From: an uncultured Candidatus Saccharibacteria bacterium | GTDB lineage: Bacteria; Patescibacteriota; Minisyncoccia; JACPKW01; UBA11713 | Assembly: GCA_964366035.1 (NCBI GenBank) | Contig: CAYISH010000002.1 | Coordinates: 1 to 32,246 of the forward strand | DNA: 32,246 nucleotides | Direction of reading: 5' to 3' | Shown: positions 7,734 through 16,159 of the stretch, piece by piece | Layout: the number at the start of each line of letters is the position of its first letter | Numbering within the stretch: the first letter of the stretch is position 1 | Notes under the pieces: model-generated | Databases searched by the model: none | Told to the model about the DNA's origin: nothing | Seen by the model: the letters and a program-made list of their open reading frames with translations, nothing else | Position numbers and translations under genes: made by a program

Positions 7734-8508
7734 AGACCGCGCTGGCCTCGACCTGGGTTTTAAAAACTCCGAGCTCCGCCTCGGTCGCGGAATTTCGGGC
7801 GGCGAAAAAAGCGCGCGGCGGGTGGAAGACTTAAACCCCGTGCTTTTTCAAACTTACCCCGGCGATGAGCGAGTGGTATACCATGTGTGGCGGAACGTGC
7901 GGCGCGACCAAGACGCCCAAACGCTAGACCGCCTCAACATCCGCTACGACCTTACCGCCCTTTATCCCGGACCGATTGGCCGCGAACTTCCTAAAACATT
8001 CGGCCATTACCACGCGAAAAACTACCCCGAAGTCTACGAGGTGCTGTCAGGAACTGCCTGGTGGATTATTCAAAAACCGAAACGAAACGACCCGCGCACC
8101 ATCGAGGAGGCATATCTTATTGAAGCGCGCGAAGGGGAAAAAGCAGTGATGCCCCCGGGGTTTGGGCACATCAGCATTAATCCAGGCCCCTCTCCCCTCA
8201 TTCTCTCCAACTGGATCGGCGACTTCTTTCAGTACGACTACGACACGTACGAAAACTTGCACGGGGCATGCTATTACGTTCTTGAATCCAGCGATAAAAA
8301 AACGGTGGAGTTTGAAAAAAATTCGTTTTATTATATAATACCTGAACTGACGAAACTTCGCCCCAAAGAGCCCCCCCGCCTTAATATCATGAAGAAAAAG
8401 CCCCTCTACAATCTTATCGAACACCCCGAGCGTTTGGATTTTCTCTCACATCCGAGAGAGTGGCGGGACATTCTCACTATCGAAAATTGTTTTAAGAAAA
8501 ATAAATAA
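7705..8508 (+). CDS. pgiA: Cupin-type glucose-6-phosphate isomerase (archaeal-type cPGI)
   Basis: 267 aa. It has the cPGI cupin motifs TFGHYHAKNYPEVYEVLSG and MPPGFGHISINPG, and an N-terminal GGEKSARRVEDL that resembles the Pyrococcus cPGI GAKKSVRRLSDM. It overlaps the upstream gene by 29 nt. Confidence 0.75.
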   Translation: MSGTFSKNLKDRAGLDLGFKNSELRLGRGISGGEKSARRVEDLNPVLFQTYPGDERVVYHVWRNVRRDQDAQTLDRLNIRYDLTALYPGPIGRELPKTFGHYHAKNYPEVYEVLSGTAWWIIQKPKRNDPRTIEEAYLIEAREGEKAVMPPGFGHISINPGPSPLILSNWIGDFFQYDYDTYENLHGACYYVLESSDKKTVEFEKNSFYYIIPELTKLRPKEPPRLNIMKKKPLYNLIEHPERLDFLSHPREWRDILTIENCFKKNK

Positions 8509-8526
8509 TCTACTCTAAGCGGACTT

Positions 8527-8610
8527 GCCGCGGTGGCGGAATTGGTAGACGCACTAGCTTCAGGAGCTAGCGTTCGCAAGGACATGGGAGTTCGAATCTC
8601 CCCCGCGGCA
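8527..8610 (+). tRNA. tRNA-Leu(CAG), long variable arm, no encoded CCA
   Basis: Acceptor GCCGCGG/CCGCGGC plus discriminator A. D-arm TGGCGGAATTGGTAGACGC. Anticodon stem CTAGC/GCTAG with loop TTCAGGA. Variable arm about 15 nt. T-arm GGGAGTTCGAATCTCCC. Confidence 0.92.
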
Positions 8611-8612
8611 CT

Positions 8613-10397
8613 ATGAAAACTTCATTAAAAGAGCGGACTCGAAGAGTCCCTCAAAGAAAAGGACCTGTCCGGCACGCTCCAGAGCGGGCCGGGGAGGCCA
8701 GCCTGCCTATTAGAACAGGCGCTCCCGCAGGAGCAAAAACCCTGCGCTTTATTCCTCTGGGCGGATGCGGCGAGGTAACGCGCTCCTGTTACGTATACGA
8801 GTATGGGGACGATATCGTCATTATCGACATGGGCCTCCAATTTCCGGAGGAAAACATGCCGGGAATAGATTATTTGATCCCCAACATCTCGTATCTTGCC
8901 GCAAAAAAGCGCAATATCCGCGGGGTCATTATCACCCACGGGCACCTCGACCACATTGGCGCCATCCCCCATCTTTTGGAACCTTTGGGCTCGCCCGTTC
9001 TCTATACTACCGCCCTTACCCGAGGCATGATCCTCCGGCGCCAGGAAGACTTTAAGCACACCGCTAAGCCAAAGGTGGAGCTGATCAACGAGAACTCAAA
9101 ACTGAAGTTGGGTAAATTCGAAGTCGAGTTTTTCCATGTAAATCACAACATCCCTGATTGCGTTGGCGTGGTACTTAAAACGCCGGGAGGCAGCGTGGTG
9201 CATACGGGAGACTGGAAATTCGACCACACCCCAGTAAACGAAAAACCGGCCGACATCAATCGGTTTAAGGAATTGGGAGCCGCAGGCGTAACGCTCTTGG
9301 TTTCCGACTCCACCGGCTCTCAATCGCCTGGCCGTACTATTTCGGAAAGTGAAATCCAGAAAAATTTGGAAGAGATTTTCAAAGCGGCGAGCGGGCGCAT
9401 TATCAGCGCCACCTTTGCTTCTTTGCTAACCCGCATCCAGCAACTCATCTGGCTTTCGGAAAAATATGGCCGGAAGGTGCTCGTGGAAGGCTACTCAATG
9501 CGCCAAAACGTGATCGTGGCGCAAGAGTTGGGTTATCTGAAAGTGCAAAAGGGTACGTTCATAAGCCACGAGGAGCTTGCGAACCTCCCGGACAACCGCC
9601 TCACTATCGTGTGCACAGGGGCGCAAGGCGAAGACCATGCCGTACTGATGCGGATTGCAAATGGAGAGCACCGGCACCTGCAATTAAAACCCGCCGATTC
9701 CATTATCTTCTCTTCGTCAGTAGTGCCAGGCAACGAAGCAACCGTGCAAAGATTAAAAGACGTTCTCTATAAAAAAGCGGGGAAAATTTATCATTCTGAA
9801 TCTATGGATATCCATGCTTCCGGGCACGCGAAAGGCGAAGACTTGAAAGATCTTATCCGCCTGCTCTCTCCCCGCTACTTCATCCCCATGCACGGCAACT
9901 ATTTCATGCTCCGCCTCCACACGGAACTGGCGCTTGAAGCGGGCGTAGATGCGAAGCACGCCTGCATCGCCGAAGACGGCGAGGTGGTAGAAATTACGCC
10001 TGAAACAATACGAAAAACGAAGGAAAAAGTTCCTATAGACCACGTGATGGTGGACGGACTCGGGGTAGGCGACGTAAAAGAAGTGGTGCTCCGCGACCGG
10101 CAAATGCTCTCGGAAGACGGTATTTTCGTGGTCATTGCGGTGGTAAACGGCGAATCCGGAAAAATAAAAGGCTCGCCCGACATTATTTCGCGGGGGTTCG
10201 TGTATCTGAAAGAGTCGCGCGACCTTCTGGCCCAAGCCCGCGCGCTCGTGCGGCACGTAATCGAAAGCGGCACCGGCAATATGCACCCCATCAATTGGAC
10301 GTTTCTCCGCGACGAACTTCGTGAAGAACTCGGCAAATTCCTCTTCCGCAAAACCGCCCGGCGGCCCATGGTGCTGCCGGTGATCATTGAGGTATAA
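8613..10397 (+). CDS. rnj: Ribonuclease J (beta-CASP metallo-beta-lactamase RNase) with a 45-aa basic N-terminal extension
   Basis: 594 aa, with RFIPLGGCGEVTRSC, the HxHxDH motif ITHGHLDHIG, and HASGHA. The ATG at 8613 is the only canonical in-frame start upstream of the conserved IPLGG block. Confidence 0.9.
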   Translation: MKTSLKERTRRVPQRKGPVRHAPERAGEASLPIRTGAPAGAKTLRFIPLGGCGEVTRSCYVYEYGDDIVIIDMGLQFPEENMPGIDYLIPNISYLAAKKRNIRGVIITHGHLDHIGAIPHLLEPLGSPVLYTTALTRGMILRRQEDFKHTAKPKVELINENSKLKLGKFEVEFFHVNHNIPDCVGVVLKTPGGSVVHTGDWKFDHTPVNEKPADINRFKELGAAGVTLLVSDSTGSQSPGRTISESEIQKNLEEIFKAASGRIISATFASLLTRIQQLIWLSEKYGRKVLVEGYSMRQNVIVAQELGYLKVQKGTFISHEELANLPDNRLTIVCTGAQGEDHAVLMRIANGEHRHLQLKPADSIIFSSSVVPGNEATVQRLKDVLYKKAGKIYHSESMDIHASGHAKGEDLKDLIRLLSPRYFIPMHGNYFMLRLHTELALEAGVDAKHACIAEDGEVVEITPETIRKTKEKVPIDHVMVDGLGVGDVKEVVLRDRQMLSEDGIFVVIAVVNGESGKIKGSPDIISRGFVYLKESRDLLAQARALVRHVIESGTGNMHPINWTFLRDELREELGKFLFRKTARRPMVLPVIIEV

Positions 10398-10446
10398 GTG
10401 ACGCGCGCCGCGAAGAAGAAAAGGCGGGAAAATCTTTTTCCGGATT

Positions 10447-10498
10447 CAAAGACCGTTTTGGCATGGTTCCCGTGCTTCGCGGGACAAAACGGTCTTTG
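10447..10498. other. Long hairpin (14-bp perfect stem) in the rnj-trpS spacer
   Basis: CAAAGACCGTTTTG (10447-10460) pairs with CAAAACGGTCTTTG (10485-10498) and encloses an inner TCCCG/CGGGA stem. Two more hairpins follow at about 10500-10527 and 10530-10560. Confidence 0.6.
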
Positions 10499-10587
10499 CC
10501 TCGGAGGTCGCCTGAGGCGACCGAGAATGAGGAAAAAGGTTGTTCCCGCTTTTTCTTCTCAAGAAAATATTTGATAGAATGATTTAT

Positions 10588-11580
10588 ATGAATCCCATCG
10601 CATTCAGCGGCGTCCAGCCTTCGGGCAACCTGCATATTGGGAATTATCTCGGAGCGATCAAACAATTCGTCGCGCTTCAAAACGACTACCAGACATTCTT
10701 TTGCGTCGTAGACCTACACGCCATCACCGAGCCGCAGGAGCCCGAGGAACTCCGCGCCCGCACACTAGAAATTGCCGCGCTGTATATTGCCTCCGGTCTC
10801 GACCCTCAAAAAAATACCATCTTCGTCCAATCGCACCTGCCCGCCCACACCGAACTCGGCTGGATTTTGGGTACGCTCACTCCCATGGGAGAGCTTGAGC
10901 GCATGACGCAGTTTAAAGAAAAAAGCGGAAAACATGATAGTGTTTTGGCCGGACTTTTTAACTACCCTATCCTCATGGCCGCCGATATATTGCTCTATAA
11001 AACCGCCGTGGTACCTGTGGGCGAAGACCAAGTGCAGCATCTCGAATTTACCCGCACGCTGGCGCGGAAATTCAACGCGCGTTTTGGCGAGACATTCCCC
11101 GAGCCGCAGACACTCTTACAAAAACAAGGGGGGCGCATTATGGGCCTCGACGACCCTTCAAAAAAAATGTCCAAATCCGCGCCGAGTGCGAATAATTATA
11201 TTGCCATGCTCGACGAGCCGGAAGAAATAAGGCGAAAAATAAAAATCGCGGTGACGGACTCCGGCTCCGATATTCGTTACCACCCCGAAGAAAAACCGGC
11301 AATCTCAAATCTTCTTTCCATTATGAGCCACTTTTCGGATACTCCCATCGCTTCTCTTGAAGAAAGATACCAAGAAAAAAACTATAGCGAGTTTAAATCT
11401 GACATGGCGGAGCTCGTGGTAGAAAAACTATCCCTTATCCGCGCGCGCTGCCTCGAACTTCTGGAAAATAAAACGGAACTCATCGCAATTCTCAAGAACG
11501 GGAGAAAGCGCGCCCACGAAACCGCCGAAAAAACCCTCGCCGAAGTCAAACAAAAAATCGGCCTTCTCAAGCTTTCTTAA
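10588..11580 (+). CDS. trpS: Tryptophan-tRNA ligase
   Basis: The ORF track starts at 10540. ATG 10588 gives MNPIAFSGVQPSGNLHIGNYLGAI (HIGH motif). KMSKS is present (KKMSKSAPS). Extended -10 TGATAGAAT (10572-10580) lies 7 nt upstream. Confidence 0.9.
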   Translation: MNPIAFSGVQPSGNLHIGNYLGAIKQFVALQNDYQTFFCVVDLHAITEPQEPEELRARTLEIAALYIASGLDPQKNTIFVQSHLPAHTELGWILGTLTPMGELERMTQFKEKSGKHDSVLAGLFNYPILMAADILLYKTAVVPVGEDQVQHLEFTRTLARKFNARFGETFPEPQTLLQKQGGRIMGLDDPSKKMSKSAPSANNYIAMLDEPEEIRRKIKIAVTDSGSDIRYHPEEKPAISNLLSIMSHFSDTPIASLEERYQEKNYSEFKSDMAELVVEKLSLIRARCLELLENKTELIAILKNGRKRAHETAEKTLAEVKQKIGLLKLS

Positions 11581-12947
11581 GCCCCCAAAATTCGGCGGAT
11601 GTCGGAAAGCGCCATCTCCATCGCTTCTTTTGTGCGCCCTTCTATATTTACCCGCAAAAGGGGCTCGGTGTTCGAGGAGCGGACGTTGAACCAAAAATCC
11701 GGATATTCTACCGAAAGGCCGTCGAGATAGCCGACGTACTCTGCATATTTGAACCTCGCAGCGATCATGTCAATCGCTTTTTCCCGATTATCCACTTTCA
11801 TATCTATCTCGCCGCTCGAGAAGTATTTGTAAAGCGGGGCGGCAAGCTCTTTTAATGTTTTCCCGGATTCGGAAAGCACCATAAGGCATGTGATAAATGC
11901 AAAGAAGGACGACTCAGCATAGAAAGTCGAGCGGAAATAAGAATGTCCTGAAACTTCTCCTCCCATCACCGCGTCTTCCTGGCGCATCAGCGCCTTTACG
12001 AAAGGGTGGCCTACGCGGCATTTAAGAGGAACGCCTCCTGCCGCTTTAATCGCTTCCGGTACTACCTTCGATGAGCGGAGATCGTACACCGCCCGCGCTC
12101 CCGGCTCTTTTGCCGCAAAGAAAGAGGCAAAAAGGGCAGTCATAAAATCGCTCGGCACGCGCACTCCTTCATGGGTCAGAAACCCGATTCTATCGCCATC
12201 CCCGTCAAATGCTACGCCCAAGTCAGCTTTTGTTTCTTTTACTCGTTTTCGAAGCTCGTCGAGTGTGGCATCTTTCAAGGGATTCGCTTCATGGTTCGGG
12301 AATGACATATCGGCCTCTTCGTACAAAATTTCAAAAGAAATCGGTAGCTTTTCGGCAAGCTTCCGCACAAAAAGCCCCGTCATGCCGTTTCCGCAATCGA
12401 ACACCACCTTGAGAGGGCGAAGCTCGTTTGCAGGAATATTCGCGAGAAGAAAATCAATATATTCGTCTGCAATCCTTTTGTCTTCTACCGCGCCGCGTGT
12501 GGTAGGTGTTTCAAACACTCCGCGCACCGCCGCGTTTTTTACCTCTTCCATGCCGCCCCCCGCGTAAATAGGCCGCGCCCCTTCGCGCGAGAGCTTGAAA
12601 CCGTTATATTCTTTCGGATTATGCGAAGCGGTAACCATTACACCTCCCTCTGCTTTCAGATAATTTACCGCGAAGTAGTGCATGGGAGTGGTGGTAAGAC
12701 CCGCATCGATTACTGTTGTCCTCGCATCTTCATCGGTAATGCCGCGGATAAGCTCTTGCTTTAATTCCGGAGAAGACCCCCGCGCATCGGAAGAAACTAC
12801 AATTTGAATAGGGCCTTCGAGCGTGGGGTTATTGCGGAGATAGCTTACGTAAGCGCGCCCGATGCGGTATGCCGCTTCTTTGTTAATCTCATCCGGAAAT
12901 ACGCCGCGGATGTCGTACGCCCTAAAAATACCTGGATTTATATTCAC
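11577..12947 (-). CDS. Phosphomannomutase/phosphoglucomutase (alpha-D-phosphohexomutase)
   Basis: 456 aa with a GTG start. Active-site loop VTASHNPKEYNGFK, Mg site FDGDGDR and sugar loop GGEVSGH. The stop overlaps the trpS stop. Confidence 0.88.
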   Translation of the reverse strand: MNINPGIFRAYDIRGVFPDEINKEAAYRIGRAYVSYLRNNPTLEGPIQIVVSSDARGSSPELKQELIRGITDEDARTTVIDAGLTTTPMHYFAVNYLKAEGGVMVTASHNPKEYNGFKLSREGARPIYAGGGMEEVKNAAVRGVFETPTTRGAVEDKRIADEYIDFLLANIPANELRPLKVVFDCGNGMTGLFVRKLAEKLPISFEILYEEADMSFPNHEANPLKDATLDELRKRVKETKADLGVAFDGDGDRIGFLTHEGVRVPSDFMTALFASFFAAKEPGARAVYDLRSSKVVPEAIKAAGGVPLKCRVGHPFVKALMRQEDAVMGGEVSGHSYFRSTFYAESSFFAFITCLMVLSESGKTLKELAAPLYKYFSSGEIDMKVDNREKAIDMIAARFKYAEYVGYLDGLSVEYPDFWFNVRSSNTEPLLRVNIEGRTKEAMEMALSDIRRILGA

Positions 12948-12954
12948 AAAAAGA

Positions 12955-12964
12955 ATGCTACCAT
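12955..12964. promoter_or_regulatory. Overlapping back-to-back extended -10 elements for pgm (minus) and ychF (plus)
   Basis: On the plus strand, TGCTACCAT (12956-12964) is followed by 6 nt and ATG 12971. On the minus strand, TGGTAGCAT (12963-12955) is followed by 7 nt and GTG 12947. The whole intergenic spacer is 23 bp. Confidence 0.4.
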
Positions 12965-12970
12965 AAAGCC

Positions 12971-14020
12971 ATGCCGCTTCAAATAGGCATCGTGGGGCTC
13001 CCGAATGTGGGCAAATCTACCCTTTTCCAAGCGCTTACCAAAAAACAAGTAGACATTGCCAACTATCCTTTTGCCACCATCGACCCCAACGTGGGAATTG
13101 TAGCGGTGCCCGATGAGCGGCTGGAAAAACTGGCAAAGCTTTCTCATTCAAAAAAAATCGTACCGGCATACGTGGAATTCGTGGACATTGCGGGACTCGT
13201 AAAAGGAGCGGCTGAAGGCGAGGGGCTTGGCAATAAATTTCTCTCGCACATTTACGAGGTAGATGCCATTGTAGAAGTGGTGCGCGCTTTCCAAGATTCC
13301 TCCATTATCCATGTGGAAGGAATGCCCGATCCGGTGCGAGACATCGAAATTCTGGAAACCGAGCTTTTGTTAAAAGACCTGGAAATACTTGAAATGGCGG
13401 TAGCCCGGCTTGAGCGCGAAAAGAAAGCAGGCGACAAAAAATCGCTCGAAAGACATGCCGCCGTCCTTCGGCTTTTGGAGAGCGTCAAGACAGGGGCGTT
13501 ACATAAGGACGCACAGTCGCTCACACTTGCCCGCGAATTGGGTCTTCTTTCGGCAAAACCGATCTTGTATTGCTTTAATGCTAAAGATCCCTCCTCCGCT
13601 AAAGCTATGGAGGGCGAGCCCGCCTTCATTCCCCCTAAAGAAAATGCAATAGGGCTCGATATAAAAGAAGAATTGGAATTAAGCGGATTGAGCCCGGAGG
13701 AGGCAAAAGAACTTGGCGCTCTGCCCCGCTTGGGAGAGCTTATCCGCGCGTGCTACAAGCTTCTGGGACTTTTGACTTTTCTCACTACCGGCGAAGACGA
13801 AACAAGAGCCTGGACCATCCCTCAAGGCTCAAAAGCGCCACGGGCGGGACGCGCCATTCACTCGGACTTTGAAGAAAAATTTATCCGCGCCATGGTCATT
13901 TCGTACGAAAAATTTATCGAAGCAGGCTCATGGGCGCGCGCCCGCGAATTGGGGCTTATTCGCACGGAAGGCAAGGATTATGCGGTGGCGGAGGGAGACA
14001 TCATTGAGTTCAAAATATGA
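12971..14020 (+). CDS. ychF: Ribosome-binding ATPase YchF (Obg-like ATPase)
   Basis: 349 aa, with GIVGLPNVGKSTLFQALT, DIAGLVKGAAEGEGLGNKFL and a C-terminal TGS-like end (RTEGKDYAVAEGDIIEFKI). Confidence 0.9.
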   Translation: MPLQIGIVGLPNVGKSTLFQALTKKQVDIANYPFATIDPNVGIVAVPDERLEKLAKLSHSKKIVPAYVEFVDIAGLVKGAAEGEGLGNKFLSHIYEVDAIVEVVRAFQDSSIIHVEGMPDPVRDIEILETELLLKDLEILEMAVARLEREKKAGDKKSLERHAAVLRLLESVKTGALHKDAQSLTLARELGLLSAKPILYCFNAKDPSSAKAMEGEPAFIPPKENAIGLDIKEELELSGLSPEEAKELGALPRLGELIRACYKLLGLLTFLTTGEDETRAWTIPQGSKAPRAGRAIHSDFEEKFIRAMVISYEKFIEAGSWARARELGLIRTEGKDYAVAEGDIIEFKI

Positions 14021-14069
14021 ATCATGGAACGTGTTCCGTGTTTCAAGTTTCAGGTTTGTGATTGTGGGG

Positions 14070-14098
14070 TTGACCATACGCGCCTTATCTACTATACT
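14070..14098 (+). promoter_or_regulatory. rpsF operon promoter TTGACC-17-TATACT, with the -10 ending 6 nt before the ATG
   Basis: -35 is at 14070-14075 and -10 at 14093-14098, with ATG at 14105 and no SD. Confidence 0.6.
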
Positions 14099-14104
14099 GT
14101 TCCC

Positions 14105-14512
14105 ATGAATTTGGAAGCTAAATTATATGAACTTTTCTGTCTTGTAAATGCGGAAAGCGAGGAAGAAACGGATATAGTAAACAATCTCGCCCGTAAATAT
14201 ATTGAAAACAATAAAGGCGTGGTGTTAGAGACCGCCAGTCCCGTAAAGCGCTGGCTCGCTTACCCCATACAAAAAAGCCGCGAGGCATATTTCTGGTCCG
14301 TTAAGTTCTATCTTTCCCCTTCAGCAGCAAAGGGCCTGGAAGAGATTTTGCGGCGCGAAAAACAGCTCACCCGCTTCATATTAGCTCGTTCCCAACGCAC
14401 AGAACTTGAAACAAGGCGGCGGGGGTCTTCTAAGTTTGCTCGCCAGGAAGAAAAACCCGCTGCCGATATTTCCTTGATCGATAAAAAATTAGAGGAAATC
14501 CTAGGAGCATAA
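14105..14512 (+). CDS. rpsF: 30S ribosomal protein bS6 with a C-terminal extension
   Basis: The ORF track starts at 14024. ATG 14105 gives the S6-like MNLEAKLYELFCLVN... and RWLAYPIQK. The rpsF-ssb-rpsR order is conserved. Confidence 0.85.
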   Translation: MNLEAKLYELFCLVNAESEEETDIVNNLARKYIENNKGVVLETASPVKRWLAYPIQKSREAYFWSVKFYLSPSAAKGLEEILRREKQLTRFILARSQRTELETRRRGSSKFARQEEKPAADISLIDKKLEEILGA

Positions 14513-14516
14513 GAGG

Positions 14517-14990
14517 ATGAACTTCAATAAAGTTTTTATCATAGGCAATCTTACCCGCGACCCGGAAACGCGTTCGCTTCCGTCCGGGCAGCCGGTAGCT
14601 TCCTTCGCGGTGGCAACCAACCGGTTTTGGACCAAAAACGGGCGGCAAGAGAAACAAACCGAGTTCCATAACGTAGTCGCTTTCGGAAAGTCCGCGGAAA
14701 TCGCAAGCCAATATCTCTCCCGGGGAAAATCGGTGATGGTAGAAGGAAGGCTGCAAACAAGAAACTGGGAGGGTAAAGATGGCCTCAAACGAAACCGCAC
14801 GGAAATAGTAGTCGAACGCCTCCAGTTGGGTCCCCGCTTAGGAGGTGGAGGCGGTGGCAGCCCGCAAGGACAAGGAGCGGGGCGCGAAGAAGCCCCTGAA
14901 AGCCAGCAAGCTGCCCCAAAAGCGGAGGAAATCGGGACCATTGAATATCCCCCGGATGAAGATATCAACCCAGATGAAATACCCTTCTAA
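14517..14990 (+). CDS. ssb: Single-stranded DNA-binding protein
   Basis: 157 aa. OB fold (MNFNKVFIIGNLTRDPETRSLPSG...FHNVVAFGK), a Gly-rich tail and an acidic tip ending DEIPF. Confidence 0.92.
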   Translation: MNFNKVFIIGNLTRDPETRSLPSGQPVASFAVATNRFWTKNGRQEKQTEFHNVVAFGKSAEIASQYLSRGKSVMVEGRLQTRNWEGKDGLKRNRTEIVVERLQLGPRLGGGGGGSPQGQGAGREEAPESQQAAPKAEEIGTIEYPPDEDINPDEIPF

Positions 14991-14994
14991 TTTT

Positions 14995-15258
14995 ATGCTT
15001 CACGCTACACGACCCATGATGCACCCCGCCAGACCAACCAATACCGTTCCAGCCGTCGAGAAGCAATGCTATTTTTGCACCTCGAACATCAAAATTGTCG
15101 ACTATAAAAATGCCGACCTTTTGAAGCGCTTTATTGACCCCCAGGCCCGCATTATGCCCAAACGCCGCAGCGGGGTCTGCGCACTCCACCAGCGAAAGCT
15201 CGCCCGCGCCGTCAAACGCGCCCGCATTATGGCGCTTCTACCGTTTGTCGGCTATTAA
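14995..15258 (+). CDS. rpsR: 30S ribosomal protein bS18
   Basis: The ORF track starts at 14845, inside ssb. The first ATG after the ssb stop is 14995. It has the S18 core CYFCTSNIKIVDYKNADLLKRFI...GVCALHQRKLARAVKRARIMALLP. The exact start is uncertain (15016 is also possible). Confidence 0.85.
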   Translation: MLHATRPMMHPARPTNTVPAVEKQCYFCTSNIKIVDYKNADLLKRFIDPQARIMPKRRSGVCALHQRKLARAVKRARIMALLPFVGY

Positions 15259-15271
15259 TTTCATATACCAA

Positions 15272-16054
15272 CTACATGCCTGCCAGGGCTTCGAGTTCTG
15301 CTTTAATTTGGGCATTGGCCGGATCTATCTCCAGTGCCCGTCCAAAGTATTCTCGGGCCTTTTCTTTGTTTCCCGTATCGCGATAATACCCGCCAAGCCA
15401 CGCAAGCGCCGTTACACTCTTTGGCTGCACCTTGAGCGCATCTAAAAGTATATCATCCGCGAGGTGGGCTTTTTCTTTATAGTCATAGCGGTATAAGTCG
15501 CTTAAGTCTTTGTAGAGTCCCAAGTTATCAGAAAAGTTCTCAATTGCCTTCCGGTAGCTTTCCTCCGCTTTCGGAAAATCTCTTAAATAGTGCCAATACA
15601 GATCGCCAAGGTTGTTGTACGAAGTCGAATGTTTGGGGCGGATTAAGATCACATACCTCCACGCGGCGATAGCGCCCTGGTAGTCGCCAAAAAACTTTTT
15701 AATATTGCCTAGTTCTATCCATACGCTGGGAGTATCGGGATTTCTCTCTATGTCGGCAAGCACCGCCTTAAACGCGTCTTCCTGTTTTTTCCGGACCTCT
15801 GCGCTTATTTCCGCCGTTACTTTCTGGTCGTAGCGGATTATTTTATAATTCTTAGGAAATGGCGGCAACTTATCCTTGGGCTGGCTTGCTATGTTACCGG
15901 GCGGAGGATTAACTCCATCAGGAGGCGGAGGAGGCGTTATTACAACAGGCGGCTGGTTCTCTCCCCCGCGAAAACCATACCAATATGCAAAACCGCCCGC
16001 GACCGCCAGCGCAACCACAAACATCAAAATAGTCAATACGTTTTCTCGTTTCAT
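15272..16054 (-). CDS. Membrane-anchored TPR-repeat protein with a polyproline linker
   Basis: 260 aa. N-terminal TM (VLTILMFVVALAVAGGFAYWY), then PPVVITPPPPPDGVNPPPG, then TPR-like repeats (WIELGNIKKFFGDYQGAIAAWRYVI, YNNLGDLYW, AWLGGYYRDTGNKEKAREYFGRALEIDP). Extended -10 TGATATAAT (16072-16064) lies 9 nt before the ATG. Confidence 0.75.
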   Translation of the reverse strand: MKRENVLTILMFVVALAVAGGFAYWYGFRGGENQPPVVITPPPPPDGVNPPPGNIASQPKDKLPPFPKNYKIIRYDQKVTAEISAEVRKKQEDAFKAVLADIERNPDTPSVWIELGNIKKFFGDYQGAIAAWRYVILIRPKHSTSYNNLGDLYWHYLRDFPKAEESYRKAIENFSDNLGLYKDLSDLYRYDYKEKAHLADDILLDALKVQPKSVTALAWLGGYYRDTGNKEKAREYFGRALEIDPANAQIKAELEALAGM

Positions 16055-16088
16055 CGTCTAAAAATTATATCAAAAGGCGAGCAAAAGG

Positions 16089-16120
16089 AAAACCCCTCCG
16101 ATGTACATCGGAGGGGTTTT
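16089..16120 (-). terminator. Intrinsic terminator of the 1225-aa gene
   Basis: 14-bp stem AAAACCCCTCCGAT / ATCGGAGGGGTTTT with a GTAC loop. On the minus strand it is followed by CCTTTTGC. Confidence 0.75.
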
Positions 16121-16159
16121 CCCCGAATCTTCCGGTACTACCGGAACACAAGCGATTCG

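Noticed and set aside
10398-10587. T-box riboswitch upstream of trpS
   Set aside because: There is no T-box consensus (AGGGUGGNACCGCG-like), and no specifier-loop or antiterminator architecture. The predicted trpS promoter lies downstream of the hairpins.
3753-14995. Longer ORF-track starts for purD (3753), trpS (10540), rpsF (14024) and rpsR (14845)
   Set aside because: Downstream starts give canonical family N-termini. They avoid overlap with upstream genes or promoters and are preceded by an SD (purD) or a -10 box (trpS, rpsF).
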